Of a stretch of DNA of 33,063 bases, positions 1-7,886 are shown piece after piece. The DNA comes from an uncultured Bacteroidales bacterium. Its GTDB lineage: Bacteria > Bacteroidota > Bacteroidia > Bacteroidales > JAEINX01. Position 1 is the first letter of the stretch. Every line of letters begins with the position of its first letter. The notes beneath the pieces were generated by a model. It ran no database searches, had not been told where the DNA came from, and was given only the letters and a program-made list of their open reading frames with translations. The stretch lies in the NCBI GenBank assembly GCA_964494265.1, contig CAZBSL010000004.1, forward strand, positions 3,538-36,600, written 5' to 3'. The position numbers were made by a program, and so were the translations under genes.

Positions 1-62
1 TTTGGTTTTATAAATTTCACTTTTGCTTGTTTTTCAATGATTAACTTTTTATAAACTTTCAT
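1..62 (-). CDS. 5' end of an unidentified gene running off the left edge (MKVYKKLIIEKQAKVKFIKP...)
   Basis: ATG at 62..60 on the minus strand, open to the window edge. A Bacteroidota-type -7 box (TATATTTG on the minus strand, + coords 86..93) lies 24 nt upstream. Only 20 codons are visible, so no product call is possible. Confidence 0.35.
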   Translation of the reverse strand, partial: MKVYKKLIIEKQAKVKFIKP

Positions 63-453
63 TTAATTACTTAGCCACGAATGCACAAATATATTTTTTG
101 TATATTTCACTATGTTTCTTTGTACGTCAAACAATCATAAATGTTTCATCTATTAATCCAATATTAAACTTATTCTATAACCCCATAAACGATTCATTCG
201 ATTACTTTAATTTTGGATAATTAAACGCTAACATAAAGTTACTCTCTGATTCAATACATATATTCTATTTTCGGTATTTTTCTTCAATTCTTCTTCATTT
301 ATCCCGCATCCGGTTTTCAAAAAATAAAAGAACCCAACCGCTTTCACTCGAAATGCCGCCGAATTCTAATTACGACTTGTTTTGCCTTAAAAATCACTAT
401 TATTTTGCTCGCAGAATTAATTGATGAAAATATAAATATTAAATATTAAAGCC

Positions 454-3400
454 ATGAAAAAATTAACAAAAATCAGAACAAGCTTTTTAATAATAGCTTT
501 ATTAATGAGCTTTGCGGCAATTGCAGCCGAAAAAAACGAAACAACAATCAACGGAAACCCGATTGAGAATCCTATTAAAAAAGCTGAATTTGAGCCACAG
601 CAAATTCATCAGGCAGATCCCTGTTTTTATATTAATAATACAAGCTGTTATTCTAATAATTTAGAAAATGGTAGTTATTTAATAATTGGAAATAAAAGGA
701 ATAACGATAATATTAAGGGATCTGCCATTTTTTCTTCAAGCAAAGAAAATGGAAAAGATGATGCGGAAATTACAGCTAATTACGAAGCCGATCCGATGAT
801 AGGTTCCGCCCCACTAAATGTGAATTTTACCGATTTGTCGTTTGCACAAAATACAATTATTAATTCGTGGGAATGGGATTTTAACAATGATGGCGTTATA
901 GATTCACAATTACAAAATCCGGAATTTCTATTCATCAATCCCGGAATTTATAATGTTTCATTAACTGTATCTGATGGAAATATAAATGACTCAAAATTTG
1001 GTATTATCAACGTTGTTGATGTTGATACTACTTTTTCTTTTATTCCATTTTCAGGATTAGAGGAAGATTATGCCGGTGGTGCAGCATGGAATACAGATGG
1101 CTTCGGCCCCGAACCGCCTGCCATCGGACATTTTCTTCCTCCTCCTGCTTCTATTAGTATTGCTTATTATTATCTTGCCTCACGCGATTATGATAATATT
1201 GATCCGCTTTCTTCAGCCGGATTATTTGGAAACGGTCCATCATCAGGTTTTCCTAACTTTGAAGCAGCTTTGGCATTACACGGAAAAACAATTCAGGATA
1301 TAAATATCAGCTACGGACTGATGTCGCTCGGTAACGATATTGAAGGAATCGACTGGTGGATGGTAGGCGATGTTGAAACCAGAATTTATAGAGGAGGAAC
1401 TTATCAATTCAAGTTAAATGATGAAAATTTAATAACAGGTGATATGCCCGACTATACTCAAACCATTGTTTATAAAGCATGGATGGGAGAAGTTGATGAA
1501 ATTAGCGGTGTTACAGGTGAAAGTCATCCGGTAAATAATTCAGCAGGCCGTTCTCCTGAAGCACAAGAAATTGCACAAGCATTAATGGATGACATTGGAG
1601 ACGATCCAATTAGGTTTATTTTCACTTCTACACAACCTTCAGACCAATTTGAATTTGTAGGAAACGGGCGTTCTGGTGGATTTTTTGAGAACCACCAAGG
1701 TTTTATCATCAAAGCAAGCCCGATTGAATGCGAATTGGAAGTTGAATGCGGCGAAGACAGGTTTATTGGTTCCGGCGAAACTGTTAATCTCGAAGCATTG
1801 GCAACAGATGGCACCGAACCTTATACATATTTATGGGAACCCGCCGATTTCCTTGATGACCCTGCAATTTCCAATCCTGAAGCTACACCCGATGAAACAA
1901 CAACTTATACTTGTACGGTTACCGATTTTGAAGATTGCGTAGCAATTGCTTCCGTAACAATTTATGTTGACACTTGCGATTATTGGTTCGATGGGCTTGA
2001 TTATACTATGAGTTTTGAAAATGTCGAGACCGATAGGGAAAATTGGACTGCCATTGATTTTAATCCTTTTGAAAATGAATGGGAGCTTTATGAAAATGCA
2101 GCAGACGCACACACAGGCGATTATTCATATAAATTCGACTACCTAAGTACTTTTGCTAATGATTGGTTATTCTCAAGATGTTTTAACCTTGAAGACAATC
2201 ATTCATACGAAATCAGTTTTTGGTATAAAACCGACTCAGAAGGTGATTTTCAGTTAGACTTAAGATTATGTACAGAGTTGGATTCTCTCGGTGAATTTAT
2301 TCACTGGGAAAATGATCCGGCTCTTGCATATACTCAAATCATAGATACAGTAACTATTGGTTCGGATGGCATTTACTATTTTGCATGGCAAACAATCTTT
2401 TGGGGAGATAATATCGTTTATGTTGATGATATAAATATCTCGGATTTGGGAATTGGTTGCACTCTGGAGGTTGATTGCGGAGAAGATCAATTTATAAACT
2501 CGGGTGAAACTGTTAATCTCGAAGCATTGGCAACAGATGGCACCGAACCTTATACATATTTATGGGAACCCGCCGATTTCCTTGATGACCCTGCAATTTC
2601 CAATCCTGAAGCTACACCCGATGAAACAACAACTTATACTTGTACGGTTACCGATTTTGAAGATTGCGTAGCAATTGCTTCCGTAACAATTTATGTTGAC
2701 ACTTGCGATTATTGGTTCGATGGGCTTGATTATACTATGAGTTTTGAAAATGTCGAGACCGATAGGGAAAATTGGACTGCCATTGATTTTAATCCTTTTG
2801 AAAATGAATGGGAACTTTATGAAAATGCAGCGGATGCACACACAGGCGATTATTCTTATAAATTCGATTACTTAAGCACTTTTGCTAATGATTGGATATT
2901 TTCAAGATGTTTTAACCTTGAAGACAATCATTCATACGAAATCAGTTTCTGGTATAAAACCGATTCAGAAGGTGATTTTCAGTTAGACTTAAGATTATGT
3001 ACGGAATTAGATTCTTTGGGCGAATTTATTCATCGTGAAAGTGATGCGGCTCTTGCTTATACTCAAATCATTGATACGGTAACTATTGGTTCGGATGGCA
3101 TTTACTATTTTGCATGGCAAACAATCTTTTGGGGAGATAATATTGTTTATATTGATGATATAAATATTTCAGATTTGGGTATAATTGAAGAAATACCTTT
3201 TCCTTTACCATTCGCTGAGTTTTGGGATTCGAATGATTTCGATTTCAATGGATGGACACGCGAAGCAGCAAATTGGCGGGTTACTACTGCATCAGGTTAT
3301 CCTCCTCCCTGTGTAGTTTTCGGAATGTATCCATATCAAACTAATTATGAATTTGATCTTGTGAGTCATGAATTTGATGGCAGGGATGCATCCCAAATTG

Positions 3401-4806
3401 AATTATCTTTCGATTTATCACTTAGCAATTTTGGAAACACATTAGAACAAATGTCAATTGATGTTTTCAACGGTATAGAGTGGACTCAAATTGAAAACTT
3501 AACCAACGAAGACGATGATATTCCACTTACAAACTTCTCCTATAATATTTCGGACTATGCTGTTGGAAATATCTTTAAAATACGCTTTGTTGCTCATGGT
3601 GAAGATTCATATTATATTGGTTCCTGGAAAATAGATAATATTATTATTGAAGAAACTGCCATTTCCCAAAATATTATTTTAAATACAGGCTACCAGTTTG
3701 TTTCATCATTTCTTGAATTCGATGACCCCAATATGCAAAACGTTTTAACTGAAATTCTTCCAAATCTTGATTTTGTTAGAAACTCAGGTGGATTTATGTT
3801 ACGAAAAATCGGCCCTAATTGGATTAATGGAATAGGTGATTGGGTAAATACCGAAGGCTATTTGTTTAAAATGTTAAACCCTGATGAAATTGAATTCGAA
3901 GGCATGGTAACTGACATCCAAACTCCAATTGATCTTGTAACAGGCTATCAAATAATCAGTTTCCTTTCAAGTGAACCTATGGATGCTTCTCTTGCTTTTG
4001 AATCTATTATCGGTGATAACCTTGATTTTGTAAGAAATTCAGGTGGATTTATGCTTAGAAAAATCGGGCCGGTTTGGATAAATAGTATTGGTGATATTAA
4101 TCCTGGTGAAGGTTTATTAGTTAAAATGCTAAACCCCGACACACAAATTTATCCTGAAATAATCAGCAAATCCACATCTGATAAGGTCTTTATAGAACCC
4201 CAAAAATTCAATTTTGAAGGTGGAAATCCATCTGAAGCAGTTTATACTTTATATGTTTCAGGATTAAATATTGGTGATGAAATTGGAGTTTTTGATGGAG
4301 AAAATTTAGTTGGTGCAAATACTATTGTTTCTGACAATGTTTTTGAGAATTCTATTCCTGTTTTCAGCGTTCTTACTAACGGACAAGGATACACAAAAGG
4401 AAATAAAATAAGCATAAAAATATGGGATTCGCAAAAGCAAGTTTTTGTTTTAAGCGATTATACTTTTAACAAAGAATATGTCAATGCTTATTCACAAAAC
4501 ATATTCCCCGAAAATGATGGCGAATTCAGTATCCTGAATATTACGAAAAGTGATTTTAGTTTAAAAAACAACAATACAACCAACATTAACTTCTATCCAA
4601 ATCCGGCTACTGATGTTTTGAATATCATTTCCGATCAAACAATTAAAAATGTTAGAATAATAAATTTCACCGGTCAAATTATATTTGACAATAATTTTAA
4701 TAATACAGATATTACAATTGATGCCTCGGTTTTTCAATCCGGATTATATATTATTCGGGTTGAAACTTCTGAGGGAGTTAAAACAGGAAAAGTAACAATA
4801 AAATAA
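454..4806 (+). CDS. Large secreted multi-domain surface protein with a T9SS C-terminal sorting domain (PKD-like, Ig-like and beta-sandwich modules)
   Basis: 1450-aa ORF with a signal peptide (MKKLTKIRTSFLIIALLMSFAAIAA). It has a PKD-like segment (PLNVNFTDLS..WDFNNDG..YNVSLTVSDG). Two copies of a TEPYTYLWEP..TTTYTCTVTD Ig-like unit are each followed by a W/Y-rich beta-sandwich-like unit. The last ~75 aa fit the T9SS type-A CTD pattern (FYPNPATDVLNI..GLYIIRVET..GKVTIK). Confidence 0.9.
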   Translation: MKKLTKIRTSFLIIALLMSFAAIAAEKNETTINGNPIENPIKKAEFEPQQIHQADPCFYINNTSCYSNNLENGSYLIIGNKRNNDNIKGSAIFSSSKENGKDDAEITANYEADPMIGSAPLNVNFTDLSFAQNTIINSWEWDFNNDGVIDSQLQNPEFLFINPGIYNVSLTVSDGNINDSKFGIINVVDVDTTFSFIPFSGLEEDYAGGAAWNTDGFGPEPPAIGHFLPPPASISIAYYYLASRDYDNIDPLSSAGLFGNGPSSGFPNFEAALALHGKTIQDINISYGLMSLGNDIEGIDWWMVGDVETRIYRGGTYQFKLNDENLITGDMPDYTQTIVYKAWMGEVDEISGVTGESHPVNNSAGRSPEAQEIAQALMDDIGDDPIRFIFTSTQPSDQFEFVGNGRSGGFFENHQGFIIKASPIECELEVECGEDRFIGSGETVNLEALATDGTEPYTYLWEPADFLDDPAISNPEATPDETTTYTCTVTDFEDCVAIASVTIYVDTCDYWFDGLDYTMSFENVETDRENWTAIDFNPFENEWELYENAADAHTGDYSYKFDYLSTFANDWLFSRCFNLEDNHSYEISFWYKTDSEGDFQLDLRLCTELDSLGEFIHWENDPALAYTQIIDTVTIGSDGIYYFAWQTIFWGDNIVYVDDINISDLGIGCTLEVDCGEDQFINSGETVNLEALATDGTEPYTYLWEPADFLDDPAISNPEATPDETTTYTCTVTDFEDCVAIASVTIYVDTCDYWFDGLDYTMSFENVETDRENWTAIDFNPFENEWELYENAADAHTGDYSYKFDYLSTFANDWIFSRCFNLEDNHSYEISFWYKTDSEGDFQLDLRLCTELDSLGEFIHRESDAALAYTQIIDTVTIGSDGIYYFAWQTIFWGDNIVYIDDINISDLGIIEEIPFPLPFAEFWDSNDFDFNGWTREAANWRVTTASGYPPPCVVFGMYPYQTNYEFDLVSHEFDGRDASQIELSFDLSLSNFGNTLEQMSIDVFNGIEWTQIENLTNEDDDIPLTNFSYNISDYAVGNIFKIRFVAHGEDSYYIGSWKIDNIIIEETAISQNIILNTGYQFVSSFLEFDDPNMQNVLTEILPNLDFVRNSGGFMLRKIGPNWINGIGDWVNTEGYLFKMLNPDEIEFEGMVTDIQTPIDLVTGYQIISFLSSEPMDASLAFESIIGDNLDFVRNSGGFMLRKIGPVWINSIGDINPGEGLLVKMLNPDTQIYPEIISKSTSDKVFIEPQKFNFEGGNPSEAVYTLYVSGLNIGDEIGVFDGENLVGANTIVSDNVFENSIPVFSVLTNGQGYTKGNKISIKIWDSQKQVFVLSDYTFNKEYVNAYSQNIFPENDGEFSILNITKSDFSLKNNNTTNINFYPNPATDVLNIISDQTIKNVRIINFTGQIIFDNNFNNTDITIDASVFQSGLYIIRVETSEGVKTGKVTIK
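1729..3186 (+). repeat. In-frame tandem duplication, 2 x 729 bp (243 codons), inside the 454..4806 CDS
   Basis: Copy 1 is 1729..2457 and copy 2 is 2458..3186. The tract 1777..2084 is base-for-base identical to 2506..2813, and the rest differs by scattered substitutions. The shadow ORFs 1831..2112(-) and 2560..2841(-) are near-identical, which confirms the period. Confidence 0.95.
3766..4095 (+). repeat. Two diverged copies of a ~75-bp coding core spaced 255 bp apart (LDFVRNSGGFMLRKIGP.WIN.IGD)
   Basis: 3766..3840 and 4021..4095 align without gaps at both DNA and protein level. Both lie inside the 454..4806 CDS. The domain is of unknown function. Confidence 0.8.
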
Positions 4807-4833
4807 ATTTTGGTTTTTATAAATTTTGGAATT

Positions 4834-4864
4834 GGGGAGATTGTGATTGGTCTCCCCTTTTTTT
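4834..4864 (+). terminator. Rho-independent terminator of the 454..4806 gene
   Basis: Stem GGGGAGA (4834..4840) pairs with TCTCCCC (4851..4857) around a 10-nt loop, followed by T7 (4858..4864). It lies 28 nt after the stop codon. Confidence 0.8.
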
Positions 4865-5066
4865 GTGTCCGCTGAAAACCAAAACCCTTTCTGCAATCCC
4901 GTTTAGAACAATACAATCCGGCGGGTTTTTAATGTTGGAGAAAAATTTAAGCCAACAAGTGGATGGAAAGATGGCGACAACGGAAACGACTACGGATTTG
5001 CCCTTAGCTTCTTAAAAGATTAGGTGCTAAAATCCACATTATCCGAAACATAGATAAGCTGTTAAT

Positions 5067-5276
5067 CATGCTCTAGAACTTGCATTTAATGCCTTACATC
5101 ATTTATTCGATGCTCAACAAGTTACAGATGATGCCTTACATATTACAATTGATGCTTTGCAAACAATAGATGACGCCTTACAATTCTTTCCTGATGCTTT
5201 ACATTCAATAACTGATGCCCCACATTCAATAACTAATGCTCAACATTCGACAATTGATGCCTTACATTCATCAATC
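5067..5276. repeat. Tandem array of ten phase-exact 21-bp units (core GATGCYTTACAT) with a 42-bp higher-order period
   Basis: Units start at 5067, 5088, 5109, 5130, 5151, 5172, 5193, 5214, 5235 and 5256 with no indels. Positions 4-6 alternate strictly GCT/GCC from unit to unit. The first 12 nt of each unit are conserved and the last 9 nt vary. Confidence 0.9.
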
Positions 5277-5307
5277 CGAGATGTCTTTTTATGATTGTAA
5301 GCTGTTT

Positions 5308-5463
5308 TTAAATAAAATTATCATAGCTGAGTTCATGTTTTACAAATAAAAAAAGCATCAAACAACAACACAAGCCTATTGAGAGGCCAAGTACATTAAT
5401 TGCCGAAAAAAATTTATTTCTCAGAATGTTTCTAATTGCAATTTTGAAATAATTTTTAATCAT
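5308..5463 (-). pseudogene. Truncated N-terminal stump (51 codons plus stop) of a third FtsX/MacB-type permease paralog
   Basis: The minus-strand ATG at 5463 lies 2 nt after the stop of the 5466..7883 gene. It translates to MIKNYFKIAIRNILRNKFFSAINVLGLSIGLCCCLMLFLFVKHELSYDNFI*. This is clearly paralogous to the N-terminus of the neighbouring permease (MINNYFKIGFRNILSNKTFSLINVLGLAIGIASCIIIFLFVDDELKYDKF). The frame ends at TAA 5310..5308 and no FtsX-like sequence follows. Confidence 0.75.
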
Positions 5464-5465
5464 TT

Positions 5466-7883
5466 TTATTCACATTTTAAAGCTTCAACAGGATTTGCCC
5501 TCGTGATTTTAAGAACATGAAATACAACTATCAACATAACCAAGATAAATACAAGAAAACCTGACATGGGAAATAACCACAATTTGATATTTGTAGTAAA
5601 AACAAAATTATTGAGCCATCGTTCGATAATAAAATAAACAACCGGCCAAATAATAATATTTGCTAGAATTGTAAGAACAATAAATTCAGCAGATAAAATT
5701 TTGAAAATTTGATATATTTTTGCTCCTAAAACTTTTCTGATTCCAATTTCTTTTGTTCGGGAGCCAACAACAAAAGCAACCAGGCCAAATAAGCCAAGCA
5801 ATGAAATAAACAAAGCCAAGCATGTGAAAACATCTATTATTTTTGAAACTCTTTTGTCGGTCGAATACATTGATTCAAAACGATCACTAATAAAATTCAG
5901 TTTTATAGGCCATTCGGGAGCAATTTCCTTCCATGAATCATTAATAAAACTGATAGTTGAAGCAAAATTTTCAGGTTCAACACGAATCAACATTTTAGTA
6001 AAATAATAAGGATATTCTTCTTCTGAAATAAAATAAACAGCCGGTTCAACAGATTCATGCAATGATTTATAATGAATGTCTTTAACAACCCCAATATTTC
6101 TTTTAGTTGAATCATCGAAAAAACCTTCAAACTTAATACCAATCGGACTTTCAGATATATTAAATGCTTTTGCAGCAGCTTCATTTAAAATACAATATTT
6201 TTGCTCGGGCAAGCTGTTATCAATAAAATCCCTTCCTTGAATAATCTCAGCTTCAAGAACCGAAAAATGCTCACTGTCAACTCCAATTAATGCACAACTA
6301 ACACTATTATCATCAATATCTCCAACTATGGATATTCCTGTCCGATTATTAAGGTCTTCACCCGGAACATTGCAGGCACCCGAAAAACCAAGAATATTTG
6401 GAGAAATTAGCAGTTTGTTTTTCATGTTTTTAAATCTTGTCAGCATATTTTCACCCCAAGGATTTTCAATTGAAAGCAATTGTTCTTTTTGAATTCCTAA
6501 CCCTTTATTTCTAACATAACCCAACTGAATATTTATCATAATTGCGGCAATAATTAAACCCACAGTTGTTGCGAGCTGTATAATTACCATTATTTGCCTG
6601 AAACGTAATTGAAAACCTTTCTTCTTGAAAAGTTGGAGAGAAGCAGTTGAGAAATTGCCTTTAAGGACTTTTGAGGCATTAAATCTGGACAACACAAATG
6701 CCGGATAAAAACCTGCCATTAAAGATACTAAGATTATTAGACCTATAAAAATTAATAAATAATTTACGCCTGAAAAATTGTATAAAGTAAGAGATTTTCC
6801 TATAATATTATTGAACAACGGCAAAAGTATTTCAACCGAAATAATTGCAATAATTACAGCAAAGACCGTAATTATTAATGATTCGATAAGAAATTGGAAA
6901 ATAATTTTTGAGCGATTTGCTCCAATGGTTTTTCTCAGGCCAATTTCTTTTGCCCTTAGTGTCGAACGAGCAGTTGACAGATTCATATAATTAAAACAAG
7001 CCAATAATAAAATTAATACTGCAATTGCCGAAAAACCATAAATATTCGAGATATTGCCTTGTCCTGTAATATCCCATCCGATATTTGCCGACCGCAGATG
7101 TATGTCCTTTAATGCTTGTAATCCGTATGAAATGCTTGATTCGTCTGAGTGAGAAAGTTCTTTATTAACAATTTCAATAATTTTCTCTTTAACAAATTCA
7201 GGATTTGTATTTGGTTCCAATAATAAATACGTAAAAATCGACTGATTGTCCCAATTTGTTAAAGCACCATTATTTAATTTTTTTAGAAAATTTAAAGTTA
7301 AAATAAAATCAGCTTTAATATGCGAGTATTTCGGACTTTTCTCTATCACTCCCCTAACTACGCCCTTGTACTTTTTATTAAACTCCAATACTTTTCCGAT
7401 AGGATTATCGTCACCGAAATATTTTTGTGCAATGTCTTTAGAAATAATAACGGCATCCTCTTTTTTAAAAGCATTACTTATATCTCCAACTATTTTCTCC
7501 CAATCAAAAAACTCAAAAAAATTACTATCAACTACAATTAATCTTTTTTCATTAAATGCTACATCATTGTAAGATACAGAAGCGAAGTAGCGTTTAACAC
7601 GAACGCCATCACTTATTTCAGGTATTTTTTCTTTAATTGAGGGCAAAAGCATTCCGGAATTTATTGCCATATATTGCTGATTATTGTTAACGGATTCTCT
7701 TAATACCCGAAAAATTCTATCATTATCCGATGTAAACTTGTCATATTTTAACTCATCATCAACAAAAAGAAAAATAATAATACAACTTGCAATACCAATG
7801 GCAAGGCCAAGTACATTTATCAACGAAAATGTTTTATTTGATAAAATATTACGAAATCCTATTTTGAAATAATTATTAATCAT
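5466..7883 (-). CDS. FtsX/MacB-type ABC transporter permease (duplicated FtsX architecture, 805 aa)
   Basis: It has the characteristic N-terminus plus first TM helix. There are two FtsX-like TM blocks, each carrying the KE(I/V)G(I/L)RK..GA loop (RAKEIGLRKTIGA; RTKEIGIRKVLGA). Large soluble domains separate the blocks. Confidence 0.9.
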   Translation of the reverse strand: MINNYFKIGFRNILSNKTFSLINVLGLAIGIASCIIIFLFVDDELKYDKFTSDNDRIFRVLRESVNNNQQYMAINSGMLLPSIKEKIPEISDGVRVKRYFASVSYNDVAFNEKRLIVVDSNFFEFFDWEKIVGDISNAFKKEDAVIISKDIAQKYFGDDNPIGKVLEFNKKYKGVVRGVIEKSPKYSHIKADFILTLNFLKKLNNGALTNWDNQSIFTYLLLEPNTNPEFVKEKIIEIVNKELSHSDESSISYGLQALKDIHLRSANIGWDITGQGNISNIYGFSAIAVLILLLACFNYMNLSTARSTLRAKEIGLRKTIGANRSKIIFQFLIESLIITVFAVIIAIISVEILLPLFNNIIGKSLTLYNFSGVNYLLIFIGLIILVSLMAGFYPAFVLSRFNASKVLKGNFSTASLQLFKKKGFQLRFRQIMVIIQLATTVGLIIAAIMINIQLGYVRNKGLGIQKEQLLSIENPWGENMLTRFKNMKNKLLISPNILGFSGACNVPGEDLNNRTGISIVGDIDDNSVSCALIGVDSEHFSVLEAEIIQGRDFIDNSLPEQKYCILNEAAAKAFNISESPIGIKFEGFFDDSTKRNIGVVKDIHYKSLHESVEPAVYFISEEEYPYYFTKMLIRVEPENFASTISFINDSWKEIAPEWPIKLNFISDRFESMYSTDKRVSKIIDVFTCLALFISLLGLFGLVAFVVGSRTKEIGIRKVLGAKIYQIFKILSAEFIVLTILANIIIWPVVYFIIERWLNNFVFTTNIKLWLFPMSGFLVFILVMLIVVFHVLKITRANPVEALKCE

Positions 7884-7886
7884 AGT

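Noticed and set aside
64-100. TAGCCACGAATGCACAAATAT near the left edge as a fifth copy of the short-hairpin motif (compare CGCACGAATGTATAGTGCG at 15028)
   Set aside because: Only ~8 nt (CACGAATG) are shared, there is no complementary arm, and none of the other element parts follow. It is more simply the 5' UTR or promoter region of the partial minus-strand gene.
4907-5023. 38-codon open frame ending ..SGWKDGDNGNDYGFALSFLKD*, faintly like the C-terminal end of Fibrobacter-type paralogous lipoprotein domains (..GFSVRCLKD)
   Set aside because: The resemblance rests on a few residues, there is no start codon, and no upstream homologous sequence. It may be another gene fragment in this decayed region, but I cannot support that without a database search.
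5024-5046. DnaA-box-like sequence (AAATCCACA within AAAATCCACATTATCC) next to the 21-bp array, suggesting a replication origin
   Set aside because: It is a single imperfect box (7 of 9 matches) with no cluster of boxes, no dnaA/dnaN or rep gene, and no AT-rich unwinding element pattern. This is insufficient evidence.
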